Assembly: GCA_039744215.1 (NCBI GenBank)
Contig: JBCJTT010000007.1
Location: forward strand, 5,598 to 69,597
Reading direction: 5' to 3'
Length of the DNA: 64,000 nt
Source of the DNA: Solirubrobacteraceae bacterium
Lineage (GTDB): Bacteria; Actinomycetota; Thermoleophilia; Solirubrobacterales; Solirubrobacteraceae
Of the stretch, positions 35,935-45,006 are shown piece after piece (within the stretch, counting starts at the first letter, position 1; each line of letters starts with the position of its first letter). A model generated the notes under the pieces. It was not told the DNA's origin, did not search any database, and worked only from the letters and a program-made list of their open reading frames with translations. The position numbers and the translations under genes are program-made.

Positions 35935-36710
35935 CGGCCGGTCGCGCCGATCGCATGGAAACCGCCGTCCACGTGCAGGATCTCGCCGCTGATCGCCCGC
36001 GCACGGTCCGACAGCAGCCAGCACACGGCGTCCGCGACCGGTTCGGCGTCCGCAGTGTCCCAGCCCAGCGGCGCCTGCTCCTGCCAGATGTCGGCCAGGC
36101 GGTCGAAGCCAGGGATCCCGCTTGCGGCGATCGTGGCCAGCGGCCCGGCGCTGACGAGGTTCACGCGGATACCGTCGGGGCCGAGGTCACGGGCCAGATA
36201 CCGCGACACCGATTCCAGCGCCGCCTTGGCCACGCCCATCCAGTCGTAGACCGGCCAGGCCACCGTGGCGTCGAAGTCGAGCCCAACGACGCTGGGAGTC
36301 TCGCCGGCGGCGAGCAGCGGATGCAGCGCGCGCGCCAGCGCCTTGAAGCTGAACGCGCTCGTCGTGAACGCGGTCTGCGCGCTTTCGGCCGGCGTGTCGA
36401 GAAACGCACCGCCGAGCGCGTCGGCCGGCGCGAACGCGATCGCGTGCAGTACGCCGTCGACGGCCCCCCAGCGGGAGTGCAGCTCGACCGCAAGGGCGTC
36501 GAGATCCTCGGGGCGGTTGACGTCGAGTTCCAGAACGTCGCACGGCTCCGGCAGTTTGCGGGCGGCGCGCTCGGTCAGCCGGCGGCCGCGGCCGAAGCCG
36601 GTGAGGACAACCTCGGCGCCCTCCTCCTGCGCACGGCGGGCGACGTGCCAGGCGATTGAATCCTTGGTGACCACGCCGGTCAGAAGCAGTCGCCGGCCCT
36701 CGACACTCAT
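35931..36710 (-). CDS. fabI: enoyl-ACP reductase (FabI/InhA type)
   Basis: Trimmed to the ATG at 36710. N-terminus is RLLLTGVVTKDSIAWHVA. Catalytic context is YDWMGVAKAALES. 259 aa. Confidence 0.85.
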   Translation of the reverse strand: MSVEGRRLLLTGVVTKDSIAWHVARRAQEEGAEVVLTGFGRGRRLTERAARKLPEPCDVLELDVNRPEDLDALAVELHSRWGAVDGVLHAIAFAPADALGGAFLDTPAESAQTAFTTSAFSFKALARALHPLLAAGETPSVVGLDFDATVAWPVYDWMGVAKAALESVSRYLARDLGPDGIRVNLVSAGPLATIAASGIPGFDRLADIWQEQAPLGWDTADAEPVADAVCWLLSDRARAISGEILHVDGGFHAIGATGR

Positions 36711-37225
36711 GTTAGGTCCCAGACATTCTCGCCGTAGGGCACGCTGGCGCCGTTCGAGGGCGCGGCTGCCGACTTGGACGGTCCCCCGACATGGCCGGTG
36801 CGCCACAGCACTTCGACCCGCGCCGTGCAGGCCTTCAGCCCGTCCTGGCGCACGACGTCGATAGCCAAGGTAACGAGGCCCGCCTCGTCGCTCACGGGCT
36901 TGACCTCGCGGATGCGCCCGTCCACGTGGATCGTGTCGCCCAGCCGCACGGGACGTTTGAACGTCACATCGCGCACGCGGCGCAGCGCCATCACGCGCTC
37001 GGGGTCGAACGGCACGAGGCCGACGGCGAACGAGAGCACCAGCATGCCGTGGGCGATGCGCTCGCCGAACGGCCCGGCCGCCGACCATTCGGCGTCGGCG
37101 TGCTGCGGGTGCCAGTCGCCGGTCAGCGCGGCGAAGCCCACGACGTCGGCCTCGGTCACTGTGCGCCCGCGGCTGGTGAAGCGCGTGCCGGTTTCGAGCG
37201 TCTCGAAGGGGTCAGACCAGTTCAC
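36707..37225 (-). CDS. MaoC-like (R)-specific hydratase/dehydratase (single hotdog)
   Basis: 172 aa. Hydratase motif GDWHPQHADAEW...IAHG. GTGA and ATGA overlaps with its neighbours. Confidence 0.8.
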   Translation of the reverse strand: MNWSDPFETLETGTRFTSRGRTVTEADVVGFAALTGDWHPQHADAEWSAAGPFGERIAHGMLVLSFAVGLVPFDPERVMALRRVRDVTFKRPVRLGDTIHVDGRIREVKPVSDEAGLVTLAIDVVRQDGLKACTARVEVLWRTGHVGGPSKSAAAPSNGASVPYGENVWDLT

Positions 37226-38673
37226 AGTGGGATGTTCCTTGTCGGCTGGGGTGGGCGGTGCACATCGGCGAGTGTCTGCAACGAGGAGGCGATTCGGTTG
37301 CGCGTCTCGTCTGGCGTGACGATCTCGTCGATGTGGCCGAGCGCCGCGACGGCCTTCACGTCCAGGTGCTCGGCCGCGTAGCGCCCCGCCAGCCGGTCGC
37401 GGGCACGGTCGGAATCGGGATCGGCAGCAATCTCGCGGTGGTTGACGATGCCGACCGCCTGCGGTGCGCCCATCACGCCGATCTGGGCCTGCGGCCAGGC
37501 GAACACGAGATCGGCGCCCAAGCCCTTGCTGTTCATCGCGATGAACGCGCCGCCGAAGGCCTTACGGGTGACGACGGTGATCTTCGGCACCGTGGCGGCG
37601 GCGAAGGCGTGCACGAGCTTGGCGCCGTGGCGGATCACCCCCGCCTGCTCCTGAGCGCTGCCGGGCAGGAATCCGGGAGTGTCGACCAGGACGATCAGCG
37701 GCAGTCCGAACGAGTCGCAGGTGCGCACGAAGCGCGCCGCCTTGGATGCGGACTCGGCGTCGAGCACTCCGCCGAGGTAACGCGGCTGGTTGGCCACGAT
37801 CCCGACCGCGCGGCCGTCGAGACGCGCGAAGCCGCACACCATGTTGCGCGCCCACTTTTCGCCGATCTCGATCATCCGGCCACCGTCGACGAGCAGGCGT
37901 ATCAGGTGGCGCACGTCGTACACGCGGCGATGCTCGTCGGGGACGACAGCGCTCGCCGAGCCCGCGAGCGGCGGGACGGTCGGCCAGCGCTGCGCCGTGG
38001 CGCCGGTGTGCTGGGGCAGATGGTCGAGGATGTCGCGGGCCAGCAGTGCCCCGTCGACCTCGGACTCCACGACGGCGTGGCAGACGCCGTTGCGCTGATG
38101 GACCCGCGGACCACCGAGCTCGTCGCCGGTGACCTGCTCGCCGGTCACCTCCTCCACGATGCCCGGCCCGGTGAGGAACATGCTGGCCGAACGCGTCATG
38201 ATCACCAAGTCGGTGAGCGCGGGTGCGTACGAACCCCCACCGGCGCTGGCGCCACAGACGACGCTGATCTGCGGCACCTGACCCGACAGCATGGTGTGGG
38301 CACGGAAGATGCGGCCATAACCCGACAGCGCGCCGGTGCCTTCCTGCATGCGCGCTCCGGCCGACTCGATGAAGCCCACGACGGGCATGCGACCGCGCCC
38401 CGCGAGCTCCAGCAGTCGCACCACGGTGTCGGCGTGGGCCTCGCCCAGCGACCCGCCGGCGAAGCTCGCGTCCTGCGCGAAGCAGGCCACGGCGCGGTCG
38501 TCGACGGTGCCGGTGGCGGCGAGAACGCCGTCGCCGTCACGGGCCTTCTCGCCCATGCGCGAGGAACGCACACCGGTGCGCAGCAGTTGAAGGGACCCCG
38601 GGTCGCAGAGGACCTCCAGGCGCTCGAGCGGCGACAGGCGCTCATCGGGGCGGGGGACCAGCGCGAGGCTCAT
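37222..38673 (-). CDS. acyl-CoA carboxylase carboxyltransferase beta subunit (AccD6-like, short form)
   Basis: 483 aa with two crotonase-like carboxyl_trans halves (GGSLGEAHA, ESAGARMQEG, ANQPRYLGG, DTPGFLPG). No biotin carboxylase or BCCP gene in the cluster. Confidence 0.85.
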   Translation of the reverse strand: MSLALVPRPDERLSPLERLEVLCDPGSLQLLRTGVRSSRMGEKARDGDGVLAATGTVDDRAVACFAQDASFAGGSLGEAHADTVVRLLELAGRGRMPVVGFIESAGARMQEGTGALSGYGRIFRAHTMLSGQVPQISVVCGASAGGGSYAPALTDLVIMTRSASMFLTGPGIVEEVTGEQVTGDELGGPRVHQRNGVCHAVVESEVDGALLARDILDHLPQHTGATAQRWPTVPPLAGSASAVVPDEHRRVYDVRHLIRLLVDGGRMIEIGEKWARNMVCGFARLDGRAVGIVANQPRYLGGVLDAESASKAARFVRTCDSFGLPLIVLVDTPGFLPGSAQEQAGVIRHGAKLVHAFAAATVPKITVVTRKAFGGAFIAMNSKGLGADLVFAWPQAQIGVMGAPQAVGIVNHREIAADPDSDRARDRLAGRYAAEHLDVKAVAALGHIDEIVTPDETRNRIASSLQTLADVHRPPQPTRNIPL

Positions 38674-39875
38674 ACGCCTTCCAGTACCAGTACGGCGTTG
38701 TGCCCGCCGAAGCCGAAGGAACTGGACAACGCGACGGCGGGGAGATCGTCCTCGCGGGCGGCGAGCGGTCGTGCCCGGCCCGGGACGTAATCCAGGTCCA
38801 GGCCCTCGTCGGGCTGCTCGTAGCCGAGCGTGGGCGGAGCGACGCGGTCGCGTAGCGCCAACAGCGTGGCGATCGCCTCGACGGCGCCGGCCGCACCGAG
38901 CAGGTGCCCGATCGATGACTTCAGAGACGACGTCGGGATGCGGTGGGCGTCCGCCCCCAGCGCCGTCTTCAGCGCCATCGTCTCGGCGCGATCGTTCAGC
39001 TGGGTGCTCGTCCCGTGGGCGTTCACGTAGTCGATCGCCGCGGGGGTCAGCCCGGCGTCGTGGAGCGCGGCGGTGATCGCGCGGGCGGCGCCCGCGCCGT
39101 CGGGGTGAGGGGCGACCATGTGGTGTGCGTCGCAGGTGGCGCCGTAGCCACGGACGGTCCCGAGGATCCGTGCACCGCGGGCCCGGGCCGCCGCGCCGTC
39201 CTCCAGGACGAGCACGCCCGCCCCCTCACCCATCACGAAGCCGTCCCGTCGCGCGTCGAACGGGCGGGAGATGCCGCTCGATGACGTGGCGTCAAGCGCA
39301 CCGAAGGAGGCGCGCGACAACGGGGTCAGCGCTGCTTCGGCGCCGCCGGTGACCACGGCGTCGGCGTCGCCGCAGGCGATCATCCGGGCGGCGACGCCGA
39401 TCGCGTGGGTGCCCGACGCGCAGGCCGAGACCACGCCGTAGCAGGGACCCTGCAGGCCATGGCGCATCGCCAACGCGGCGGCGGCGGCGTTGCCCATCAT
39501 CAACGGAACCGAGCGGGGTGAGACCCCGCTGGCGCCGCGCCCCAGCAGGTCGGTCTGCCCGGCCTCGATCGTGGCCAGACCCCCGACCCCCGTCCCGATC
39601 ACGCAGCCGATCCGCGTGGGATCCACCGGCGGCCCGTCGCCCCAGCCGGCGTCGATCAGCGCTTCCTCACCGGCGGCGATGGCCAGCTGGGTGAAGCGGT
39701 CCGCTCGCCGGGCCTCCTTGCGCGACATTGTGTCGAGCGGGTCGAAGTCCGCGCACGGAGCCTCGCCGCCCACAATCGCGCAGACGCCCGACGTCCAGCG
39801 CTCGTGCAGCGTGCGGGCGCCAACCCCCAGCGGGGTGATCGCTCCGACTCCGGTGACGACGACATCGGCGCGCAT
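38670..39875 (-). CDS. fabF: beta-ketoacyl-ACP synthase II
   Basis: Start set to the ATG at 39875 (MRADVVVTGVGAITPLG), 4 nt after the ACP stop. Active-site contexts SACASGTHAIG, NAHGTSTQ and GHLLGAAG. Confidence 0.9.
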   Translation of the reverse strand: MRADVVVTGVGAITPLGVGARTLHERWTSGVCAIVGGEAPCADFDPLDTMSRKEARRADRFTQLAIAAGEEALIDAGWGDGPPVDPTRIGCVIGTGVGGLATIEAGQTDLLGRGASGVSPRSVPLMMGNAAAAALAMRHGLQGPCYGVVSACASGTHAIGVAARMIACGDADAVVTGGAEAALTPLSRASFGALDATSSSGISRPFDARRDGFVMGEGAGVLVLEDGAAARARGARILGTVRGYGATCDAHHMVAPHPDGAGAARAITAALHDAGLTPAAIDYVNAHGTSTQLNDRAETMALKTALGADAHRIPTSSLKSSIGHLLGAAGAVEAIATLLALRDRVAPPTLGYEQPDEGLDLDYVPGRARPLAAREDDLPAVALSSSFGFGGHNAVLVLEGV

Positions 39876-39879
39876 GGCG

Positions 39880-40122
39880 TCAGGCGCGCTGCGCAATCAG
39901 GTCGATCGCCTCGCCGACGGTCCCGATTCCCCGGATATCGTCGCTCTTTAGCTCGACTCCGAACTCCTCCTCGACGATCTGGGCCAGCTCAGCCAGGTCG
40001 AGCGAATCGATGTCCAGCGCCTCGAACGAGGCGTCCCGGCTGATGTCGCCTGGCTCGGCGCCGAAATCCGCCAGCGCCTTCGTGACGACGTCTTCGATCT
40101 TCGTGTTGTCAGTGGTGCCCAT
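39880..40122 (-). CDS. acyl carrier protein
   Basis: 80 aa. Phosphopantetheine site is LDIDSLDLAEL. AAGGAG lies 8 nt upstream of the ATG. Confidence 0.9.
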   Translation of the reverse strand: MGTTDNTKIEDVVTKALADFGAEPGDISRDASFEALDIDSLDLAELAQIVEEEFGVELKSDDIRGIGTVGEAIDLIAQRA

Positions 40123-40141
40123 GCGTGCTCCTTTGGTTGGT

Positions 40142-40879
40142 TTAGGCGGTCAGGCCGCCGTCGATGAACAGAGTGGTGGCGGTCACGTAGGCCGCCGCGT
40201 CGGAGGCGAGGAAAGCGACGCCCGCGGCGACGTCGTCCGGGCTGCCGGCGCGTCGTGCGGGGATCGCCTTCAACATTTCCTCATCGATCACATCGGTGGT
40301 CATGTCGGTCGCGATGAAGCCGGGAGCGACCGCGTTGACGGTGACGCCGCGGCGCGCGACCTCGACGCCAGCCGTGCGCGTGAAGCCGACGAGGCCGGCC
40401 TTGGACGCCGCGTAGTTGGCCTGGCCGGCGTTGGCGCGCGGCCCGACGACCGAGGCGATGTTGATCACGCGGCCGTAGCGGGCACGGACCATGCCTTTCA
40501 GGGCACCGCGCGTAAGACGGAACGCCGCCGTGAGGTTGGTGGCGAGGACGAGATCCCAGGCCTCGTCGCTGAGCGACATGGCCAGGTCGTCGGCGCGCAC
40601 ACCCGCGTTGTTGACCAGTCCGAGCACCGGTCCGTCGAGCGCCTCCTGGGCGCGGGTGAACACCGCGGCGGTGGCTGCCGCGTCGGTCACGTCGAGGTCG
40701 AGCGCGTGGGCGCGACCGCCGCCGGCGTGGATGACGTCGACTGTCCGGGCGGCGCCCTCGGGGTCGGAGCGGTAGGTCACCGCGACGGCCCAGTCGTCAG
40801 CGGCGAGGGCTCGGGCGCTCGCGGCGCCGATGCCTCCGGAGGCGCCGGTGACGAGGGCGACGGCGCCATCAGGACGCAT
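40142..40879 (-). CDS. fabG: 3-oxoacyl-ACP reductase
   Basis: Trimmed to the ATG at 40879. Motifs ALVTGASGGIG, NNAG and YAASKAG. Confidence 0.85.
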   Translation of the reverse strand: MRPDGAVALVTGASGGIGAASARALAADDWAVAVTYRSDPEGAARTVDVIHAGGGRAHALDLDVTDAAATAAVFTRAQEALDGPVLGLVNNAGVRADDLAMSLSDEAWDLVLATNLTAAFRLTRGALKGMVRARYGRVINIASVVGPRANAGQANYAASKAGLVGFTRTAGVEVARRGVTVNAVAPGFIATDMTTDVIDEEMLKAIPARRAGSPDDVAAGVAFLASDAAAYVTATTLFIDGGLTA

Positions 40880-41882
40880 CCGTATCACCCCAGGTGACGA
40901 CGGTCGCGGCCCAGGTAAACCCGGCGCCGAACGCGGCCAACAGGACGCGGTGGCCGGGCGCGAGCAGGCCGCGATCACGGGCCGTGCCCAGCGCCAGCGG
41001 GATTGACGCGGCCGACGTGTTGCCGTGCTCATCGATCGTGGCCAGGACCCGCTCGGGGGACAGGTCGAGCCGCTCGACCAGCGACTGCAGGATCCGGGCG
41101 TTGGCCTGGTGGAAGACGAGGAGGTCGAGGTCGTGGATGTCGATCCCGGCCTGCGCGCACGCGCCGAGCGCGGCTTCGCTAATTCGCGCGACGGCGTGGT
41201 GGAACACCTCGGGGCCGTCCATCCGGATCAGGCCGTCCCCGCGTTCGGCGTGCAGGAGCGGGCCGAGGCTGCCATCGGCGCCGAGCAACGTCGGGCCCAC
41301 ACCCGTGGCGGCACCGCTGCGGGCGCCGACGAGTACCGCGCCCGCGCCGTCACCGAAGATCGCCGCCGTCTTGCGGTCGGCGTAGTCGATGTGGCGGGCG
41401 AGCATCTCGGCGCCCACGACGAGCACGCGTTCGGCACGGCCCGATTCGAGCATCGCGGCCGCCAGCGCGAGGGCGGAGACCCACCCGCTGCAGGCGGCGC
41501 CAACGTCGAGCGCCCCTGCGTTCACGGCGCCCAACTCGTTGGCCAGCAGTGGCGCGGTGTGAGGGATGATCTCGTCTGACGAGCAGGTGGCGACGAGGAT
41601 CAGGTCAAGGTCGGCGGCGTCGACGCCCGCGTCGGCGAGCGCCTCACGGGCGGCGACGGCCGCTAGGTCGTGCAGATGATCACCGGGTGCTGAGCGGCGA
41701 CGCTCGCGGATACCCGTGCGCTTGATGATCCACGCGGGATCGACACCGGTGATCGCGGCGATCTCCTCGTTGGTGACCACCTCGACCGGTAGGGCCGTGC
41801 CCAAGCCGAGGATGACGGCGCCGGTAGTGGCGCGGAAGGCGGGGTCGGCGACCGAAACAGCCGTGCGTTCAGACGGGATCAT
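40869..41882 (-). CDS. fabH: beta-ketoacyl-ACP synthase III
   Basis: 337 aa. Cys-His-Asn contexts GAACSGW, FHQAN and HGNTSAAS. Confidence 0.85.
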   Translation of the reverse strand: MIPSERTAVSVADPAFRATTGAVILGLGTALPVEVVTNEEIAAITGVDPAWIIKRTGIRERRRSAPGDHLHDLAAVAAREALADAGVDAADLDLILVATCSSDEIIPHTAPLLANELGAVNAGALDVGAACSGWVSALALAAAMLESGRAERVLVVGAEMLARHIDYADRKTAAIFGDGAGAVLVGARSGAATGVGPTLLGADGSLGPLLHAERGDGLIRMDGPEVFHHAVARISEAALGACAQAGIDIHDLDLLVFHQANARILQSLVERLDLSPERVLATIDEHGNTSAASIPLALGTARDRGLLAPGHRVLLAAFGAGFTWAATVVTWGDTDAS

Positions 41883-42708
41883 GAGCGAGCTCCAGCTGCG
41901 GTGGGTTGCGATCGACCAGCTTGGCTAGGACGTCGCCCGGCCCCAAATCGATGAAGTTCTGGCACCCGTGACGGTACAACGCCGCCATGACCTCACGCCA
42001 GCGCACCGGCGCGGTGATCGCGGCCGACAGCTCGCCGACCGGGCCGGTGAACGGCTGCGCCGTCATCCCGCTGAACACCAGCCCGTCGGGTTCCCGCCAG
42101 TCGACCGATGCGGCGGCCTGCGAAAACGCGGTTCGCGCCGGCGCCATCGCGGGACAGTGGAAGGCGCCGGTGACGTTCAGCTCGATCGCGCGCAGCCCGC
42201 GATCGCGGGCGTCGCCGCGTGCGCTCTGCAGCGCGTCGCGGGGTCCCGACAGGACCACCTCCCCGGGCGCATTGTCGTTGGCCAGCACGAGCCCGTGGTC
42301 GTCTGCCAGCGACTGTGCCTCAGCGACGGAGCCCTTCAGCACGGCGAGCATCCCCTGCCCCGGGTCGCGCTCGGCGGCGCGGGCCATGGCGTCGCCGCGG
42401 ACGACCGCGAGATGCACGGCGTCGCGCTCGGACAGAGCGCCCGCCGCGGCCAGCGCCGTCAGCTCCCCCAGCGAATGCCCGGCGTAGGCGCGGTCCTCGG
42501 CCGGCACGGTGCCGCGCCACGCGGCGAGTCCGGCGAGCAGGATCGCCGGCTGGGCGAAGCGGGTGCTCTCATCGCACCGCGTGAACGGCTCCTCACCGAG
42601 CAGGTCGATGCACAGGTCGAGCAGATCGGGGGCCTGTACCCGGACGAGCGTGAGAGCCTCGGGGTCCTGGGTCCCCTGGCCCGGGAAGAGGTAGGCGGTT
42701 GTGGCCAC
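41869..42708 (-). CDS. fabD: malonyl-CoA:ACP transacylase
   Basis: Start set to the GTG at 42708 (VATTAYLFPGQGTQ). Nucleophile elbow is GHSLGE. Confidence 0.85.
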   Translation of the reverse strand: MATTAYLFPGQGTQDPEALTLVRVQAPDLLDLCIDLLGEEPFTRCDESTRFAQPAILLAGLAAWRGTVPAEDRAYAGHSLGELTALAAAGALSERDAVHLAVVRGDAMARAAERDPGQGMLAVLKGSVAEAQSLADDHGLVLANDNAPGEVVLSGPRDALQSARGDARDRGLRAIELNVTGAFHCPAMAPARTAFSQAAASVDWREPDGLVFSGMTAQPFTGPVGELSAAITAPVRWREVMAALYRHGCQNFIDLGPGDVLAKLVDRNPPQLELAHDPV

Positions 42709-42769
42709 GCAACCACCATAAACCAGTGTGGATGTGCGCACTCGGGCGGCGGCGTCCAGAACCGTCCGG

Positions 42770-42798
42770 TCGGGGGGTCGCACCCGCCGATCGGGGGG
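42770..42798. promoter_or_regulatory. two G6-tract boxes in the response-regulator/fabD intergenic region (candidate operator)
   Basis: TCGGGGGGTCGC at 42770-42781 and CCGATCGGGGGG at 42787-42798. Each is an exact 12-mer match to part of the palindromic site at 45007-45025. Confidence 0.4.
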
Positions 42799-42813
42799 CC
42801 GACGTTCTCAGCC

Positions 42814-43437
42814 TCAGCGCAGCAGACCGATCTGTTGTGCTCGGCGCACCGCTTCGGCCCGGTTGCGCACATCGAGCTTGCGGTACAGCAGGCTCGTGTG
42901 CTCCTTGACCGTATGCGGGGAGAGGTGCAGAGCCTCGGCGATCTCGCGGTTGGTGGCGCCAGTGCCGATGTGTTCCAGAACCTCGCGCTCACGGGCCGTC
43001 AGTTCGGGGCCACGGGGCTCCTCGGCGGGCGGGAACACCGTCTTGCCCATCCCCACCATGCGCACTGCGGCGGCAACGTCGGCGGCCGGCCACTCCTTCA
43101 GGACGAACCCGGCCGCACCGGCGGCGCGCGCGGCGGCCGGTGCGATGCGGCCGGCGCCCGAGATCAGCAGGACGCGCGGCGGGATCAGCAGCCCACGCAA
43201 GCGTTCGGTCAGCTCGGCGCCCGACTCGGGCCCGATGAACAGGTCGACGAGGGCGACGTGGGGTTCGTAGCGGGTCGCGAGAGCCACCGCCTGGTCGCCG
43301 TTGCGTGCGCTCAGCGTCCGCTCCACCCACGGCTGCTGGCCCAGCATCAGCCGGAAGCCCCAGTGCACGACGTCGTGGTCGTCGACGACCAGCACGCGCA
43401 GCCGCCGGTCCGGATTGCCCTCCACCTCGTCAGACAT
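42814..43437 (-). CDS. NarL/LuxR-family response regulator
   Basis: 207 aa. REC domain (VLVVDDH, ALVDLFIG) and LuxR HTH (LTAREREVLEHIGTGATNREIAEALHLSPHTVKEH). Confidence 0.85.
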   Translation of the reverse strand: MSDEVEGNPDRRLRVLVVDDHDVVHWGFRLMLGQQPWVERTLSARNGDQAVALATRYEPHVALVDLFIGPESGAELTERLRGLLIPPRVLLISGAGRIAPAAARAAGAAGFVLKEWPAADVAAAVRMVGMGKTVFPPAEEPRGPELTAREREVLEHIGTGATNREIAEALHLSPHTVKEHTSLLYRKLDVRNRAEAVRRAQQIGLLR

Positions 43438-44548
43438 CGCGGGGGATCACCAGACGCACCTGCCATTCGCCGGGCGCCGGGGAGCCGAACTCCAGCAGCG
43501 CGCCCTGGTGCAGGGCTTCGACGGCGGCGAGCCGGAGCCCGACCCCCGAGGCGCCCCGCCCGGCCCGGGCACCGTCATTGCGCACCTCCAGGACGAACGC
43601 CTCCTGCTCGTCGCGGATACGCACCCGGACGGCAGTCGGCTCGGCGTGTTTGTGGGCGTTGCGCACAGCCTCGGCCAGCACCGACTGCACCAGCGGTTCC
43701 AGCTCCGGCGGCACGGAGGTGGGGTCGCCCTCCTCCAGCACGACGCCCAGGTCGGCGTGCCCGGCGGCCAGGCGCGTCAGCTCGTCGGCGAGCGTTACCT
43801 GCGTGGGCCGCGGAGCCCGCCCCAGCGGCTTGGAGAGGGCCTCTCGCAGGTCGTGCATCGCCTGCTGCAACTCGTCAGCGGCGCGTACGCGGGACTCCGC
43901 GTCCAACGGCCCCTCCCCCGACAGCGCGAGGGAGACGCCGAACAGGCGCTGCACGACCCCGTCGTGGAGCTCGCGCGCCATGTCGATGCGCTCCTCCAGT
44001 TCCCTCGCGCGCTGGGATTGCGCCGTCGCCGAGCGGGCGGTGGCCGCAAGGGCCGCGGTCTTGCCCAAGGTCCAGAGCGTGTGGCGCTCGGGCTCAGACA
44101 GGCCGGGGCTGCCGGCCGGTCGGTCGGAGATGATCACGCCGACCCACTGGCCGCCCGCGGCCATCGGGGTGACGATGAGGCCGACGTCGGCGACGAGGCC
44201 GACGTAGTCGGGCGGCACGATGCCCGCCGTCTCGGTCTCCACCACGCGGTCCTCCTCGAGTGCCGTACGGGCCGCCTCTAGGGATTCCACCGTGAAGAAT
44301 CCGCCGTCGAAGATCTCCGCGTCGACACCGTGCGCCCCGGCCGCCCGGACCTGGCGGCGCGCCGCGTCGTAGCGGAAGATCACGGCGCGCTCCGCGCTCG
44401 TCAGGTCACAGATCACGCGGCACAGCTGGCTGTAGAACAGGCTGCCGTCCGCGTCGTCGGGCGCGTGCCCGTCCGGCACGGTGGACAGCACCTCCACGAA
44501 CGCATCGAGGGCCGCGATGTGCGCCCCAGGCCCACCAACTGCGCTCAC
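43430..44548 (-). CDS. GAF-domain sensor histidine kinase (HisKA_3 type)
   Basis: Start set to the GTG at 44548, a GTGA overlap with the upstream small ORF. GAF-like N-domain, H-box RELHDGVVQRL and ATPase N-box EAVRNAHKHA. Overlaps the RR start by 8 nt. Confidence 0.8.
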   Translation of the reverse strand: MSAVGGPGAHIAALDAFVEVLSTVPDGHAPDDADGSLFYSQLCRVICDLTSAERAVIFRYDAARRQVRAAGAHGVDAEIFDGGFFTVESLEAARTALEEDRVVETETAGIVPPDYVGLVADVGLIVTPMAAGGQWVGVIISDRPAGSPGLSEPERHTLWTLGKTAALAATARSATAQSQRARELEERIDMARELHDGVVQRLFGVSLALSGEGPLDAESRVRAADELQQAMHDLREALSKPLGRAPRPTQVTLADELTRLAAGHADLGVVLEEGDPTSVPPELEPLVQSVLAEAVRNAHKHAEPTAVRVRIRDEQEAFVLEVRNDGARAGRGASGVGLRLAAVEALHQGALLEFGSPAPGEWQVRLVIPRDV

Positions 44549-44796
44549 GACGGGCCAGCCCCCGCGAGGGTCAGGCGCAGGTACTGGAGTGGCGTGGCCT
44601 CGACGCGGTGCTGGTGGTCGCACGCCGAGCAGTGGCAGTCGACGTGGCCGTCGGTGGCGTCGCCCGCCAGCCGGGCCTCCGACGCCGCATGGAGGCACTG
44701 CGGGCAGGCCATCGAGGCGGCGACGAGGGCCTGAGGGTCATCCGGGGCGAACAGGGCGACGGCGGGCATGGCACCAACGCTAGCGCGGACGCTCAT
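44545..44796 (-). CDS. small Cys-rich (zinc-ribbon-like) protein
   Basis: 83 aa from the ATG at 44796, or 74 aa from the ATG at 44769. Motif is CPQC...CHCSAC. Its stop overlaps the kinase start. No Shine-Dalgarno seen. Confidence 0.4.
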   Translation of the reverse strand: MSVRASVGAMPAVALFAPDDPQALVAASMACPQCLHAASEARLAGDATDGHVDCHCSACDHQHRVEATPLQYLRLTLAGAGPS

Positions 44797-45006
44797 CGGC
44801 GCCCAACGGCGGGCACCTCCACCGGACGAACGGGGGGGGTCGGACGGGCCGCGTCCGTATCACGGCCGTCCTTGATGCGTCTGCGTGCAGGCATCAGCCC
44901 GTTCAAAACGACGCCTGCGTGCTCGGTCGTAAGGGAGAGCTCACGAATCAAGCTGTCGTCATCGTTCCAGTGACGGCTCCCGTGCGCGGGCACGCACCCG
45001 AGAAAT

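Noticed and set aside
41968-44133. 721-aa plus-strand ORF, with similar long ORFs at 7137-8066 (+), 34065-35189 (+), 37258-38790 (+), 28304-29149 (-) and 15041-15790 (-)
   Set aside because: The translations are Arg/Pro/Ala/Gly-rich and low in complexity. They lie antisense to, or out of frame with, genes that have clear family motifs. These are typical shadow ORFs of high-GC DNA.
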